DNA of 64,000 bases from Cenococcum geophilum (Eukaryota): NCBI GenBank assembly GCA_050273025.1, contig CP158636.1:992001-1056000 (forward strand). The letters run 5' to 3'. The stretch's first letter is position 1; the number at the start of each line of letters is the position of its first letter. The position numbers and the translations under genes are program-made. The notes below the pieces were generated by a model. The model worked only from the letters and a program-made list of their open reading frames with translations. It did no database searches and had not been told where the DNA came from. Shown here one piece after another: positions 37,800 through 50,321 of the stretch.

Positions 37800-40700
37800 G
37801 CTTTTAGTGGCAGGATCAGGTTGTTATCACTATCTATTAGTTTTCTATTTACTGCTTAAGCTGTTCTGTATCTACTTAGCGGCTCATATAGCCTCGTTTA
37901 GATGGCGGAGGAATTCGCCTCCAGTTGAGACCTTTACACGCATCTACTTCTAAATTCGGCGAGCCATCTACTAGGTCTATATTAGTAGCGCGACTATTAA
38001 AGGTTATAAGTCTTCTAAAGCTCTATAGGTACCTATAATTTACTCGGGCCCGTAAAGGGTATAGATAAAGTAGTCTCTATATCTATATAGATAGAAATAA
38101 ATAGTAATGTTAATCGGTAGATAAACAATACATTTTAAAAGGACGTTTAGCGGATATAAACTCTATAACTTTAGCAAGCTTAGTAGCTTAGATATTCCTC
38201 TAAAGTACCTATAAAGACCTATAGGATGAACAGAAGTTGCTGAATACTAATAGGAGACCTGAGGGGACTTACCAGATCCTTTGTTAATACCTTAAAGGCA
38301 TTTTAACCAAAAATCTTACCCAATTAATTTAAACAATTTAAGCCACCCTACTCCTCTGCACTAGAATTGTCACTTAACACCGCCTCGTAAATTATATTGA
38401 TTTAAATTTCTTTATAATTAATTCAAGTCAATTCGCCCTTAATTAGAAGCAGTGATGGCAATAATTAGTTAGTTAGTTACGATTATATTATATAATATAG
38501 GAACATAACCAACCTAATTATAATCGTATCTACTGGTTATATTACGTAAATAACTATATTATCAACTGCGGAAATAGCGGAAATAAAAAGAGGGAGAGAT
38601 AGGAGGGAGCTATAAAGGCTTAGTTAAAGAAACAGAATCTATTAGTAGCCAATAAACAAGAATTCCAAGACGAGGACTGGAAGAAGGTCAAGGAAAGGGC
38701 ACGTCTATATATTTAGCGCTAAGGCTTAGCCAAGCCCCTAACTAGGATCTGTAACAGTGCTATAATAAGAGCTCTAGGTAAGCTCTAGGGCTGATTATAG
38801 TTATATAGTTATTGCCATCACTAATTAGAAGACTTATTACTATATTTATTTTAAAATAGAAAGCTAATATGCTTTATAAAAGTTGCTTAAATATTTTAGT
38901 AAGTCTTTTCATTACAGAAGGAGATGTAGATATATTAAATTAATAGCTATTCCTATCTATAAAGCCTATATAGAAAGGAGTTATTAGCTAAAGATTTTTT
39001 AAAATAATTAAAGGATTAAATAGTAAAGGCTAATTACCCGCTATGTACTTACTATATTAGTTAGCTATATAGCTTTATATTTATTTGTACTAACTTAATA
39101 GCATAAGTAAGTCGTATCCACGGGCACGAAATACGTGTAGTATCGTATGCTTGTTTAAATGGTGACTGTCGATTCTATTAAGGTAGACTACGTGGTCTAT
39201 ATACTAACGCGCCTCCCCCCTAATTAGTCAGCACGTAGGTAGTTAGTGCATAAACGCGTATTTACGCATTTATACACCAGGTGCTATAATTATACACTAG
39301 CGGTACTTAGAAAATAAAACCACTTATATACAGCCTCCGTAATTGCCTTAATAGAACCATAAAACATATAAGAAAATATATAAGAAACTCCTCCTAAGGT
39401 GCCTTCTAGGCTGCCTTCCAAACGGTACCCCAAGCTGGCCGTAAGTCCTGCTTACGGTCCGTAAAATAAACCATACGGCCTTTTAACGGGCAGTAGATAA
39501 GCCATAAGTCAGATCTTAAGGGCCGCTAAGACGCTAGTGCTAAGCAAGCCAATAGCGATTTTCCATGCCCGGCATGGAAAATCGTAATTGGTGGATTTAA
39601 CCACTGTGGCAGAATATAGCAGAATTTGGCAGGTTATATAAGTCCACTAAGTTCCATTGCAGCTTTCTACCATTTTCTACCTAATAGCTTACAGTCCATA
39701 GAATAGGCCGTATAATAAGCCGTACGGCCTTCTAATAGGCCGTAGGCGTACCGTAGGTACTCCGTTAGTCCCATTCTACCCATTCTATAACTTTTAGGTT
39801 AAGCTTATTCGTATTAATTAGGGTTTTAAGGGCTTAATACGGCTTTGCCTTAGTCATAGCGTCTACTAAGTTATTTCCGCCGCTAATCTATTTAACCTCT
39901 GTAATTTTATATCGTTTATAGGCCTAATATAAGCACATTAGGTCAACTATAAGCCTCTTCTCTTATATTATACCTATTTTAACTAAGCAGTCGTAAAGGG
40001 ACTTTAAATTGGTGCATAAAACCAGGGGTAACTACTCTAGTTATAGAATCTTCTAGACCGTTAATTTAATTGCGGCTGCTATATTAAAGCCATAAGCTAG
40101 TATATATAGTTTAGAGGCTAGTATACTGCGGGTTACTTATTTATACTTAATTAAAGACTAGTACAGTATATTTACGTCCTAATTACGGTCCGTAAGTACG
40201 ATTATAAAGCCGATTTGCGATAATAGGTCCCTATTATTGGTAAAGGAGGCGTCTATAAATACCAGTAAGCTAAGGGAACTTAGGTCTAGTAATACAAAAG
40301 TAAGTCCCCTTACTATATTATCAATTTGCCACTAAATGCGCTTATTAAGCTGCTTAATATTTTCTTTTTATAGATCTACTGCCTAGGCCGTAAAGGACAA
40401 ATTATAGGCAGATTTGGGTTAACAGACTATAGCAATATAGGCGCCTCTTACACGCTATATAACGTATTAGTCCTTTGTATTTATAGTCTTATGGGTCTCT
40501 CTATAGGAGCTAGTAAGGTCCGTAGGCTTTGCTATAATAGGCTTTAGGTTTTAAGCTTAGCGTTCCTAAGTTAGCTTAATTAAGTTACCCTTTTATATAA
40601 TTAGGCCTCCATTAAACTTAATCGGATTCTGCTTAGTTAACTACTCTTACGGCTTTACTAAGAACTTGGCCTTTTATAGTTTAGTTTCTTTAGCGTCTAT

Positions 40701-43700
40701 AAAGGTCTAGTCTGCTAGGAATAGGGTATCGTCTATTTAGAGTCTAACAATACTAAGGCCGTTTAATAGGCTGTATAGGAGGCAGGGGTCGTAGGTTAAC
40801 TATTTTATTTTAAGTTTACTAACGTGGTGCTAGTAATATATCTTAAACTAGTAGTTTTTAGCTTCTAGTACCCCGTAAAGAGGTTTTACAACCTATAAAA
40901 TTATTCCTAGTTATAGGTTAAGCTCACGGGGTAGTTGTATAAAGATATCCCTACTTAAGTAGGTATTTGACTGCACGTAGGCTTATAAGATGTTCCGTAA
41001 GTAAAGGGCTACAGGTTTAGTTTGCTGTAGTCTAGGCATAAGTGCAAGTATAATCTATTAACTAACTCGTTAAATTATAGGCGATTGTATAAGGACTAGG
41101 TCCTTTCCCTAGTCGTTATAAGCTTATATAATAAGCCTTAATTTCTTAAAAGCTTTATTAGTACTAGGGTGCTTAATCTCGTTAATAAAGCGTAAGTTAA
41201 ATATACGGACGCCTTATAAAACATCTTTTTCTATTATAACTATAAAGACGCCCTTTTTAAGTAGTCCGTTAATCTCTTTACGCCATAAGTCCGTAAAAGG
41301 GGTTTCCTATACTAGGACTAATATATCCGCAGGCAGAGATTGTTTTACGGATATACCTATAGAGGTTAGGTAATTCTTTATTACGGGGTTCTTAGTTACG
41401 GGATACTTTTAGGGGCGTCCTTAGCCACGCTTTATAGTAGGTTTAGTAGGTTTAGTAAGTTCCTAGGGGACTTCTAAGGTAGGTGGGGGTACTTCTAGTT
41501 TATCTAGTTCAGTAGGTGCTTCCAGTTCATCTGGTTTAACGTCATAGGTATTTTTAAATTAAAAGTAGGGTTTTATAGACGTGCTTCTAAAGCTAGTTGG
41601 CCCACTAGGAAGCTATACACAGCACATCTCGTTTTCTACGGCTAGTAGGCAATAGGGTCCATTCCAGCTGCCGCTTTTACGCTATATAAGGACTTTAGAG
41701 TTAAGTGGGAGGTTATATACTAAGGTCGTATTAGGTCCATTACGGTAGTATAGGGCGTTATTAACAGTTTGTTTAGCCCATAATTTAACTATTTCGGCCA
41801 TTACCTTCCGTATTATAGCTGTTCGTTCCGTAATAGATAGGGTAAAAGGGCCTAGGTTGCTTATCCTTAGGTAGGCTCCGTAAACTAAGAGGGTAGGTAC
41901 TAGTTTATTAGGGCCAGCAGTGTTATTAACAGCTTTTACGGCCATCTATAAAGCTAGTTCCTTTTAAATATCCTTATACTCGTCTATAATAATCTAATAA
42001 GCTCTCTATAAAGCTAGGTAAGCTTACTTAATAAGCCTAACGGACTAATACGCCTTAACTAGAACAGCTTTTGTTAATATAGCTATGGCTATAGCATACT
42101 ACTAGAATTCCTTACTAATAAAGTTCCTACCAGCGTCGTAGGTAATATACTTAGGAGGTTTAACGTACGTATTAATCTAGCAGGTCCGTAAAATATCCCA
42201 AGTATACTTTACGGATATATTTTACAACTAACGGGCAGCTTAGTAGCGGGTTGCCTCGTCAATTATATATAATACTAGGCTACCGTTAATGTACATAATA
42301 TCTATATACACTAAGTGGTTAAAGTCAAGGTCCTTATAAAGGGTGAACTTAAATTAGCCTGGGGAACGTCCGTATTTCTAGTAAAAGGAGCAGTATTTAG
42401 TTAGGTAATTAACTGCCTTCTTATTAACGTCGTCGTGTCCAGAGCGTTTAAGGACTCTATATAGCTTTTCGGCTAACAGATAGCCGAAACGGCGGTGTAG
42501 ATAGTAGATCTCCGTACTAGTAAGGTAGCATAGGTTATAGTTAAAAGATTCCTAAATATAGGTTTATAAAGTCTCTCCCTATATAAGGAACGGGTGTCTA
42601 AATTATTGTATAATTAGTAGGGTAATATACTTACTTCTTAGGGCAGTTACGGGGCCAATTAAGGTGTCCGTAATATTGTTATAGTAAACCTATAACCTAT
42701 CTATGTCCATAAGGTAAAGTAAGAAAGAGGTGTCTGCTTTTACTATATAGAAGTTAACTAGGCTAATTAGGGTTCTAACTATAACTAATCTAATTAATAC
42801 AGTTAAGCCAATGCTAAATTGGATGTTTACGGCCCCAGTTTACGTAATATTAATATCCGTATTATTATTTGCGGTAGTCCTATATATAAGGTATTGTCCG
42901 TAGCCTATAGTAGACTTCTTAGAGGCGCCTATGTCGATTATAACACCGTAGAATTCCTTAGGGGTATAGCGTTCTGTGGTAATATATGCAAATAGGTCCT
43001 GCTTATAATCTATAATATCTATAATAGGGGTACTTATGGAATAGTTTTTAGGCGTAACTAAGTGTATAAAGGAACGGTTGGCTAATACGGTCGTAATATT
43101 AAAGGCTTAGCTATCTATAAAAGGTCCGAAAGTAGTTAGGAACGTCTCTAGGGTCTTTTATTCCTAGTTATTTAGGTTAAAGTTAATTATAAGGGCTTCT
43201 ATTAACTTATTAGGGGGCTCCTCTTCTTCCTCTCCTTTATATTCTAAGATAAACTGGCTAATCCGTTTATTAAATCTCTTCTTAGACCTATTACGTTCTT
43301 CCTAGGTATGCCTTATAGACTAATATCCTTCCTACCACACATAAAGCATTTCTGGCTTATTCGTCTATAGGGGTATACTTTTATACAGGGGTTACTACAG
43401 GGGTTACGGGTAGGACTTGGTCGGTATAGGTGCTACTAGCGGTAGCGGCGGTCCGTAAAGTAGACGTCTAAGTCTATTTACGGATATTAAATATCCATAA
43501 TAAAGGCTTAAGTGCCGCCTAGTAGGTTTAAGACTTCGTAGGTTATAATAGAGGAGCGTAGATTATTAATAAGGCCAGTTAAGGTATCTGTAGGCTTATA
43601 GTAGGCGTACTTATAGGGCTCTACTTCCTAGTAGGCCGTAATAAGTTTATTATACAGGAAGTCATCTATTTAAAGCTTAGCGTTAAGGCCGTGCTATAGG

Positions 43701-44745
43701 TACCGGAGGTCTTTAATAAGAATTTGCAGGCACTCTATAGTCGATTTTTCAGTATTCTTATTAATTATAGTCCATAGCTTGGTCGCATTCTATTAGGTAA
43801 GGATATTACGCCTATATTCCGGTCCTTTAAAGTAGTTATAGGTAGCTTTGTATAGCTTATTAAAGGGGACACTAAGGGGGTTGCTCTTAAGGTTAGTATA
43901 GTAATAGTTAAGTGCTAGGCCGCGTAGTATGGTAGAGTAGGCTTAGCTAAACTCTTATTTAGGAATATCGGCCTTCTAGCAGAGGTCTATAAAGATAGTT
44001 AGTTTAAAGTTAAAATTATCATTTTCACCACTATACTTAGATTCGTCAGTATAGAGCTTAGCTAGGTTAGCTAGCTCCTTGCCGTAAGTCTTTACTTAGG
44101 TAAATTGCGGATCTATAACTTATAGATTTATAGCTTGCGGATATATAGCTTATAGGTCTATAACTTAAATAGCAGGGGTAGTTTAGTCTGTATTTTAGTT
44201 TATAGGGGTATTATAATCCGTAACTTAAGAGTAGGGTATATTTTAGCCAATAAGGTTAAGTTTAAAGCCGCTTAGGTTTATAAAACGAATTTAGTTAAGT
44301 GGGTTAGGTATAAGGCCAGTAATTATATTAAGTTTAGAAGAAGTAAAGAGTTCCTTAGTTTCTTGGAACTAGTCTAGGATTTCCTCTTTAGTCTATTCCG
44401 TTTAGTCCTTTTTATATATTATATTATTTTTTTTTTTTTTTTTATATCCGTTGTATTATACTACGTACAATACTGCGCATGCAGCCTCTAGGCTATGGCG
44501 CTATAGTCCTATATACATGAATCCCTTAGGGCAGCTTAACATGTACTAGTAACTATGTCCTAGTAGTTTATAAGCCCCTAAACTAGGGGTTTATAGTTCC
44601 TTAGTAAAATACTAAGTTACAAGCAACTACTAGGTAATGAGAAAACGGTAGAAAACTATAAGAAATAAGAAATCCTAACGCCTTTCCCTATCCTTTTGTA
44701 ATTTGATTCTGTCCTTTTGCTTACTAATATCTCTTTACTAGAAGC

Positions 44746-47700
44746 CTAGTAGGAGTTACCTCCTTCTATAGATCCTGCTGTTATTAGCCACTTTCTAGTA
44801 GCTATCCCTGTCCTACTTAAAAATAGGAAAAGCGCCTCTCTTCCTTTTAGTGTACAAAATAGCTTCTTTAGAGAGAGAGAAGAGCTTAGTTTCTTTTGCA
44901 TTTCTCTTCTTTCTTCTCTATATAGGTTGCAGTCTAGTAGTAGGTGCCTAGGGGTTTGTAGTGCTCTACATTCCCTAAAGCATCTACCGTCTTCATTCCC
45001 CCCCCCTATTACTTTAGAGAAGGATTTAAAATAGCCTTTTCCTAGCTTTAGCTGGAAGAAAGCTGATTGTAGCCTTTTAGGATATTTATCCTTAGGGGCT
45101 TTAAGAGAAAAGGAATAGCTTCCTTTACAGATCCTAGTATAGTGTTTTCCCTTATTCTTATTCTGCTGCCAATTATTTTTCCACTGTTCTAGTATCTTTT
45201 CTCTTGCTGCTCTCCCTATATAGGCTAAGGAGGTATAAGAAGATTGTAGTTTTCTTCTAGAAAGGCCCTTTTTAGCTAGCTTGTCTGCTATTTCATTCCT
45301 ATAGATTCCTAGATGGCTAGGAACCCAGTAAAAGTTAATAGAGATCCCCTTACTAGCTAAATAGGAACAGCTTTGCGTAATTTTAAAGACTAGTTCTTGC
45401 CCCCCTGTAAGAGATTTAAGCTGTAATCTTTTAATAGCTGCTTGGCTATCTATAAAGATATAGACTTGTTTCTCTTCTAGTCTTTGTTGTTTTAGGTGCT
45501 CTAGGGCCCTATAGACTGCATAGAGCTCTGCGTCCATAATTTCCATATAGGGTCCTAGATTCCAGTTTGTTGCATATTTAATCCTATTTCTCTCCCCTAT
45601 TTTGCATATAGCAGCTGCATTTAATTTATCGTCTTTAGAGCCATCTGTATAGTATAAATCTACTAGGTCCCACTCTAGGGATTCTTGTAGATTTTCTACT
45701 AGTCTTAAATGTTCTTGTGCAGCTTCTTCCTTACTACCTTTTGAAATAGAAAAGGATGCGGGAATAGGAGGAGACCACGGTTTTTGCCAATCTAGAGAGA
45801 TTCTCTCTATTTTCCAGTTTTGAATTAGCTGCTGAACTCTAGAGGCTAGAGATAGTAGCTGTGTCTTTGGCTGTAAGAGGTGCTTTATAGTAGAGTTTTT
45901 AGGGCTGGAACTAGAGCTAGAACTAGCTGCTAATTCGTCCCTATCTTTGTTGATCTCTTCTATATAGACCTTCTTAATTACGTGGTTTTCCTTAATTTTA
46001 GAATTCTTATTGCGTAGTTATTGCAAAGCTTTTCAAATCTAATCCTAGGAGGAGGAATAGAGGCTTCAATCTCTATATCTTGGCTAGGAGATCCTCTAAA
46101 CGCTCCTAGAACTAGTTTTAGAGCCTCATTTTGTAGAGATTGGTACCTATCTAGTAGGTAGTCTCTAGATTTACTTTTCCACCAGCATTGTACTCCGTAG
46201 TCTGCTATAGTAGTAACGCAAGCTATATAGAGCTGTCGTAGGGCTTGTAGAGATAGACCTCTTTGTGTATTACCTAGTCTTCTAATTAAATAGAAGGCTG
46301 CCTTTGCTTTAGAGATTTGTATTTCTATATGTTGTTTAAAAGTAAGCTTAGAGTCTAGGAATACCCCTAACCACCTAACTAGGGGTTTAGGGGATATTTC
46401 TACGTCTCCTAGCTTTAACCCTTCTTCTATAGTGGTACGTTTACTATGGAAGTGTATAAGCTCTGTTTTGCTAACGTCAAAACTAATAGCAGCTTCTTTG
46501 GCTTTAGACATTAGCTCTAGCGCTATTCTCTCTAGCTTTTTGCAATTAGATTTAGCTGAATTTGAAGTAACTGTAATTGCAAAGTCGTCCACGTAGCTAA
46601 GAGAATAGGCTCCTTCTGTCTGTATGCTGCAGATATTACGTATGTATAGTAGAAATAAAATAGGGGATATAGGCGATCCCTGTGGTATCCCTGTTTCTAG
46701 TTCTACTTTTTCTTGTATTTGCCCATTAAAGGAAAGTTGTAGCTTTCTATTGCTAAGGAAGGTAGCTACCCATTGTGTAAGCGCTATAGGTAGTCCTAGT
46801 TCCTTACAGATAGATAGAAGCTGGTTTTTGGAGACGTGGTCAAAGGCCCCTTTTACGTCTAGGAATAACGTAGTAGCTATCCTTTGTCTAGCTTTTTTTC
46901 TACTATTTTTAGATTGGATATTATTTAGAAGTAGTAGGACTGCGTCTATTGCGGACCGCTGTCTTCTTCCTCCTAGTTGCGAATCTTGAAGTAAGCTAGT
47001 AGTACTAGCTAGATATCCTAATCTAGTAGCGAAGATCTTCTCTAGGGTTTTTCCTAGGCAGTTTAATAAGGAGATAGGTCTATAGGACTTTGGTAAGGAG
47101 TAGTCCCCCTTATTTGCTTTAGGGAGGATAACTCCTCGAGCTTCTCTCTAGGCTTTTGGTTGATAGCCTAGGGTAAATAAAATCCGGTAGATTCTATATA
47201 GAAGATCTTCTATAATAGGGTAGGCCTTTTGTAGAATTGCGAAGGATATTTTGTCTGGCCCTGGGGCCTTTTTATTAGAGCTAGAGAAGATTGCCTGTTT
47301 AACTTCTATTTTCTCCAATTTTGGCCATTCCCATTTACTATCTATAGTATAGTCCTTCCACTCCATAGGGCTAGTAGAAGGGGGGGGGTTTAGGAAATAG
47401 AGTAGTTATAAAAGCTTTACACTGATCGTCGAAGCTTTCTACTAGTCTCGTAGTCCCATCTTTACTATACTTTAGGCTAGGAATTGTTCGCAATGTTTTA
47501 TCCTTTGTGTATTTTAGGGCAGTAAAGATCTCTTTTCCTTATGCTTTTTCTAGGAAGCTATTCCAGCAGCTAGTTTTAGCTTCTCTTATTGCGTGGAAGT
47601 ATTGATTTTTAGCTTCTTTATAGGCTTCTAGTCTAGAGCTTCTAGTAGGTTGTTCCTCTTGAAGTCTTCCTAGTTTTGCCATTTTTTGTCTTTTCTGTAG

Positions 47701-48840
47701 AAGCTCTTTATTCCACCATGGTTTAGAGAATTCGCAGGTTCTAGATTTAGGGATAGCTTTCTCTGCTGCTAGCTTTATACACCTAGTAAGATCTCCTATT
47801 AGGTTATCTACTAGTGTGCTTAAGCTCCTATCCCTATTTCTATACAAATCCTCTAGGGAGGCTAGCGGGCCCTTTTCTCCTGTCTCTATATAGGGGTTTT
47901 CTCCTACTAGTTCCTCTAGTACTAGAACCTTTGCTTCTAGTTCTAGTTCTTGAACTTACTCTACTAGAGAAGTAGAGAAGAGCTCCCAGTTTGCTTTTTT
48001 TATAGAGAAAGGGGTTTCTTGAAGAGGGTTTAGGTATCTTTGCGTCTCTCTAGTAAATAGGGAGAAGGCTATAGTTTTGTGATCAGATCCTGTTTCTTCT
48101 ATTATAGTCCAATTATCCCAGGTATTTTCTTGGAAGTTTCCTGAGTAGAAGGCTAGGTCTATAATAGACTTTTCCCTTATATTAGATCTATAAAAGGTCC
48201 CTTTTTGTTTATCTGAATTTAGTAGTTGGTAGTTGTATGTATCTAGCCAGCCTACTAATTCTTTAGCCTCTTTAGTCGGATTTTTAGCCGATGCGTTCCA
48301 CCATGTATGATGTAGATTATAGTCTCCTATTAGTACAAAGGGGAGATCTAGTTCTAGTTCTAGAATGGCTCTAGAGATAGTAGTTGTACTATTTCTTTGG
48401 GTTCTAGAGTTCTCGTCTAGTTGTCTCTCATTATAGATATTAAGTAATAGAAATCTTTCAAATTGGCCATAGATTTCTAATGCTATAGTATCTGTGTCTT
48501 TGCAGATATCCTCCCTATTTCTATATTGTAGAAAGCTAGAACTAGTTTTCCTTATATAGATAGCTACCCTAGGGCGAATAGCTAAATTGCTAGGGAGGAT
48601 AAGGTTAAATGCAGGATGCGGAATAGAGAAGTAGGATCCTTTTTGTCTGTCTTTCCAGGTACTAGGTTCTTGTACTAGGATAATATCCGTTTTTCTTCTA
48701 AATCCTATTTCTAGTAGGGTTTGCTGTGCTTCTTGTCTTTTTCCTACATTATGCTGTATAAAGGAGACTTCTCCTCTAGCTTTAAAAACTAGGGAGATAT
48801 CTTCTTCTTCCTGTATAGAACCTTCTAAGCTTATACTCAT
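44746..48840 (-). pseudogene. LINE ORF2: AP endonuclease, reverse transcriptase, RNase H, CCHC
   Basis: DIILVQEP, IGDYNLHH, IDLAF and GSDH (APE); KAPGPD, GIPQGSPISP and SYVDD (RT); YTDGS, DAELYAV, DSQAA and WVPSH (RNase H). Three RIP-type stops (47956, 47539, 47148) and two 1-nt frameshifts (~47385, ~45995). Confidence 0.92.
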
Positions 48841-50321
48841 TGATATACTAGTTTAGCTGCTTTAAGAGACTCGCAGTCTTTGCTATTAGCAAAGTGTTTT
48901 TCTTTACAATTACTGTAAAGAGGGGTAGTATGCTCGCAAGGTCTTCCTGTTATATTACAAATAGAACAGGAGTGGTCCTTAGATAGATGTGCTGCTGCAC
49001 AAAATCGACAGGCCCTAGTAGAGCATCTATCTCCTATATGGCCAAATTTTTGGCAGCTTGTACACTGTGTAGTAGGAGAGACTTCTAGGTATTTAACTAC
49101 CTTAGTAGCTACCCCTGCAATTAGGATTTCCTTCTGTTTAAGGATTTCCTGTCTTTTCTCCTTATTTTCTACGGCGAATACTATAGAGCCGAACCTAGTT
49201 TGTGGGTCATATCTCTTTGCCCTAGAAGAGATCTATCTAGGTTGTCCCTGTATCCTAATAGGGTTAAAGGTCTCTATTTCTTCCTTTAGAAGTTTAGAGC
49301 CTCCTTCTCCTATAAAAGGGGGGATAGGGACGCCATGAGCTACTATTTGAGCCCAGGGCTCTAGTTTTTGTTCTCTCTTAAAGGAGAAGCAGCTAGACCA
49401 GACTTCTTTGTATTTAACCAGAAAATCTGCGTTATATTCCTCTGTTGTTGTAAGGAGAATATTCTGCTTTTCTCTAGTTCTAGCTATAGAAGCTATAACT
49501 GGCTTCTCCATTTGCAATTTGGACATAAATCGTTGATTGATTGTATTTCGTATAGAGAAGATGTCTAGAGGCTGGTCCTTTTGGTCTGTGACTAGGACTA
49601 GTCCTCTTTCTTATAGCTGCTTCTTTTTCCCTCTAGTAGAGGTAGGGCTTGTAGAACTGGTTGTACTACTAGCTGCTTTACTAGTAGGGGGAATTGAGGA
49701 GGTGGGGGGTAAAGAAGAAGACGAGGTAGTAGAAGAAGGGGGAGACGACGACGAAGGAGCGTAAGTAGAAGAAGAGAGGCCCTTCTTTAACTTTTCTGCG
49801 TAGGTTTTAGGGGCTACCTCCTTGCGGAGGGCTCTTACTTCTTCTACTAGTCCTTTTAGGATATCTGTCTCCTGTTTTTCCTTTTCTGTTTCTTTTATAG
49901 AAGGATTTTCTCCTACTATAATTCTTTGTACGTCGTCCCTAATATGTTTGACTTGCTCCTTACTTTCTCCTTCTAGCCTTAGATAGGCCTGGGTTAGGCT
50001 TTCTAGGGCCTTTTGTAGGAATTGTTTTAAAGAAGGAGGGGGGAAGTATAAGCTAGCCATAGAGGACCTCATTTTTGCTAGGTTTCTTTTTGGGTCTTGG
50101 CTATCTTTTTCCGAAGACAATAGGGAGTGGTTTCTTTTTCTTTTTTTTTAGTTCTTTGTATAAGCTGGAGACGGCTTATCTACTTCTTCTGTATCTTTAT
50201 CTTTCCTAGATGGGCATGGAGAAGATGGAGAAGAACAGGTAGAAGAGGTAGATGAGAATTCGTCATCGCTTATCTCTATAGGAGGCTTTGTTTTAGGCTT
50301 AGTAGCCTTTACCTTTGGCAT
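48837..50321 (-). pseudogene. LINE ORF1 (gag-like, CCHC zinc knuckles)
   Basis: Single frame from ATG 50321 to TGA 48839-48837, with three RIP-type stops; QCTSCQKFGHIGDRC and CRFCAAAH knuckles. Confidence 0.88.
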
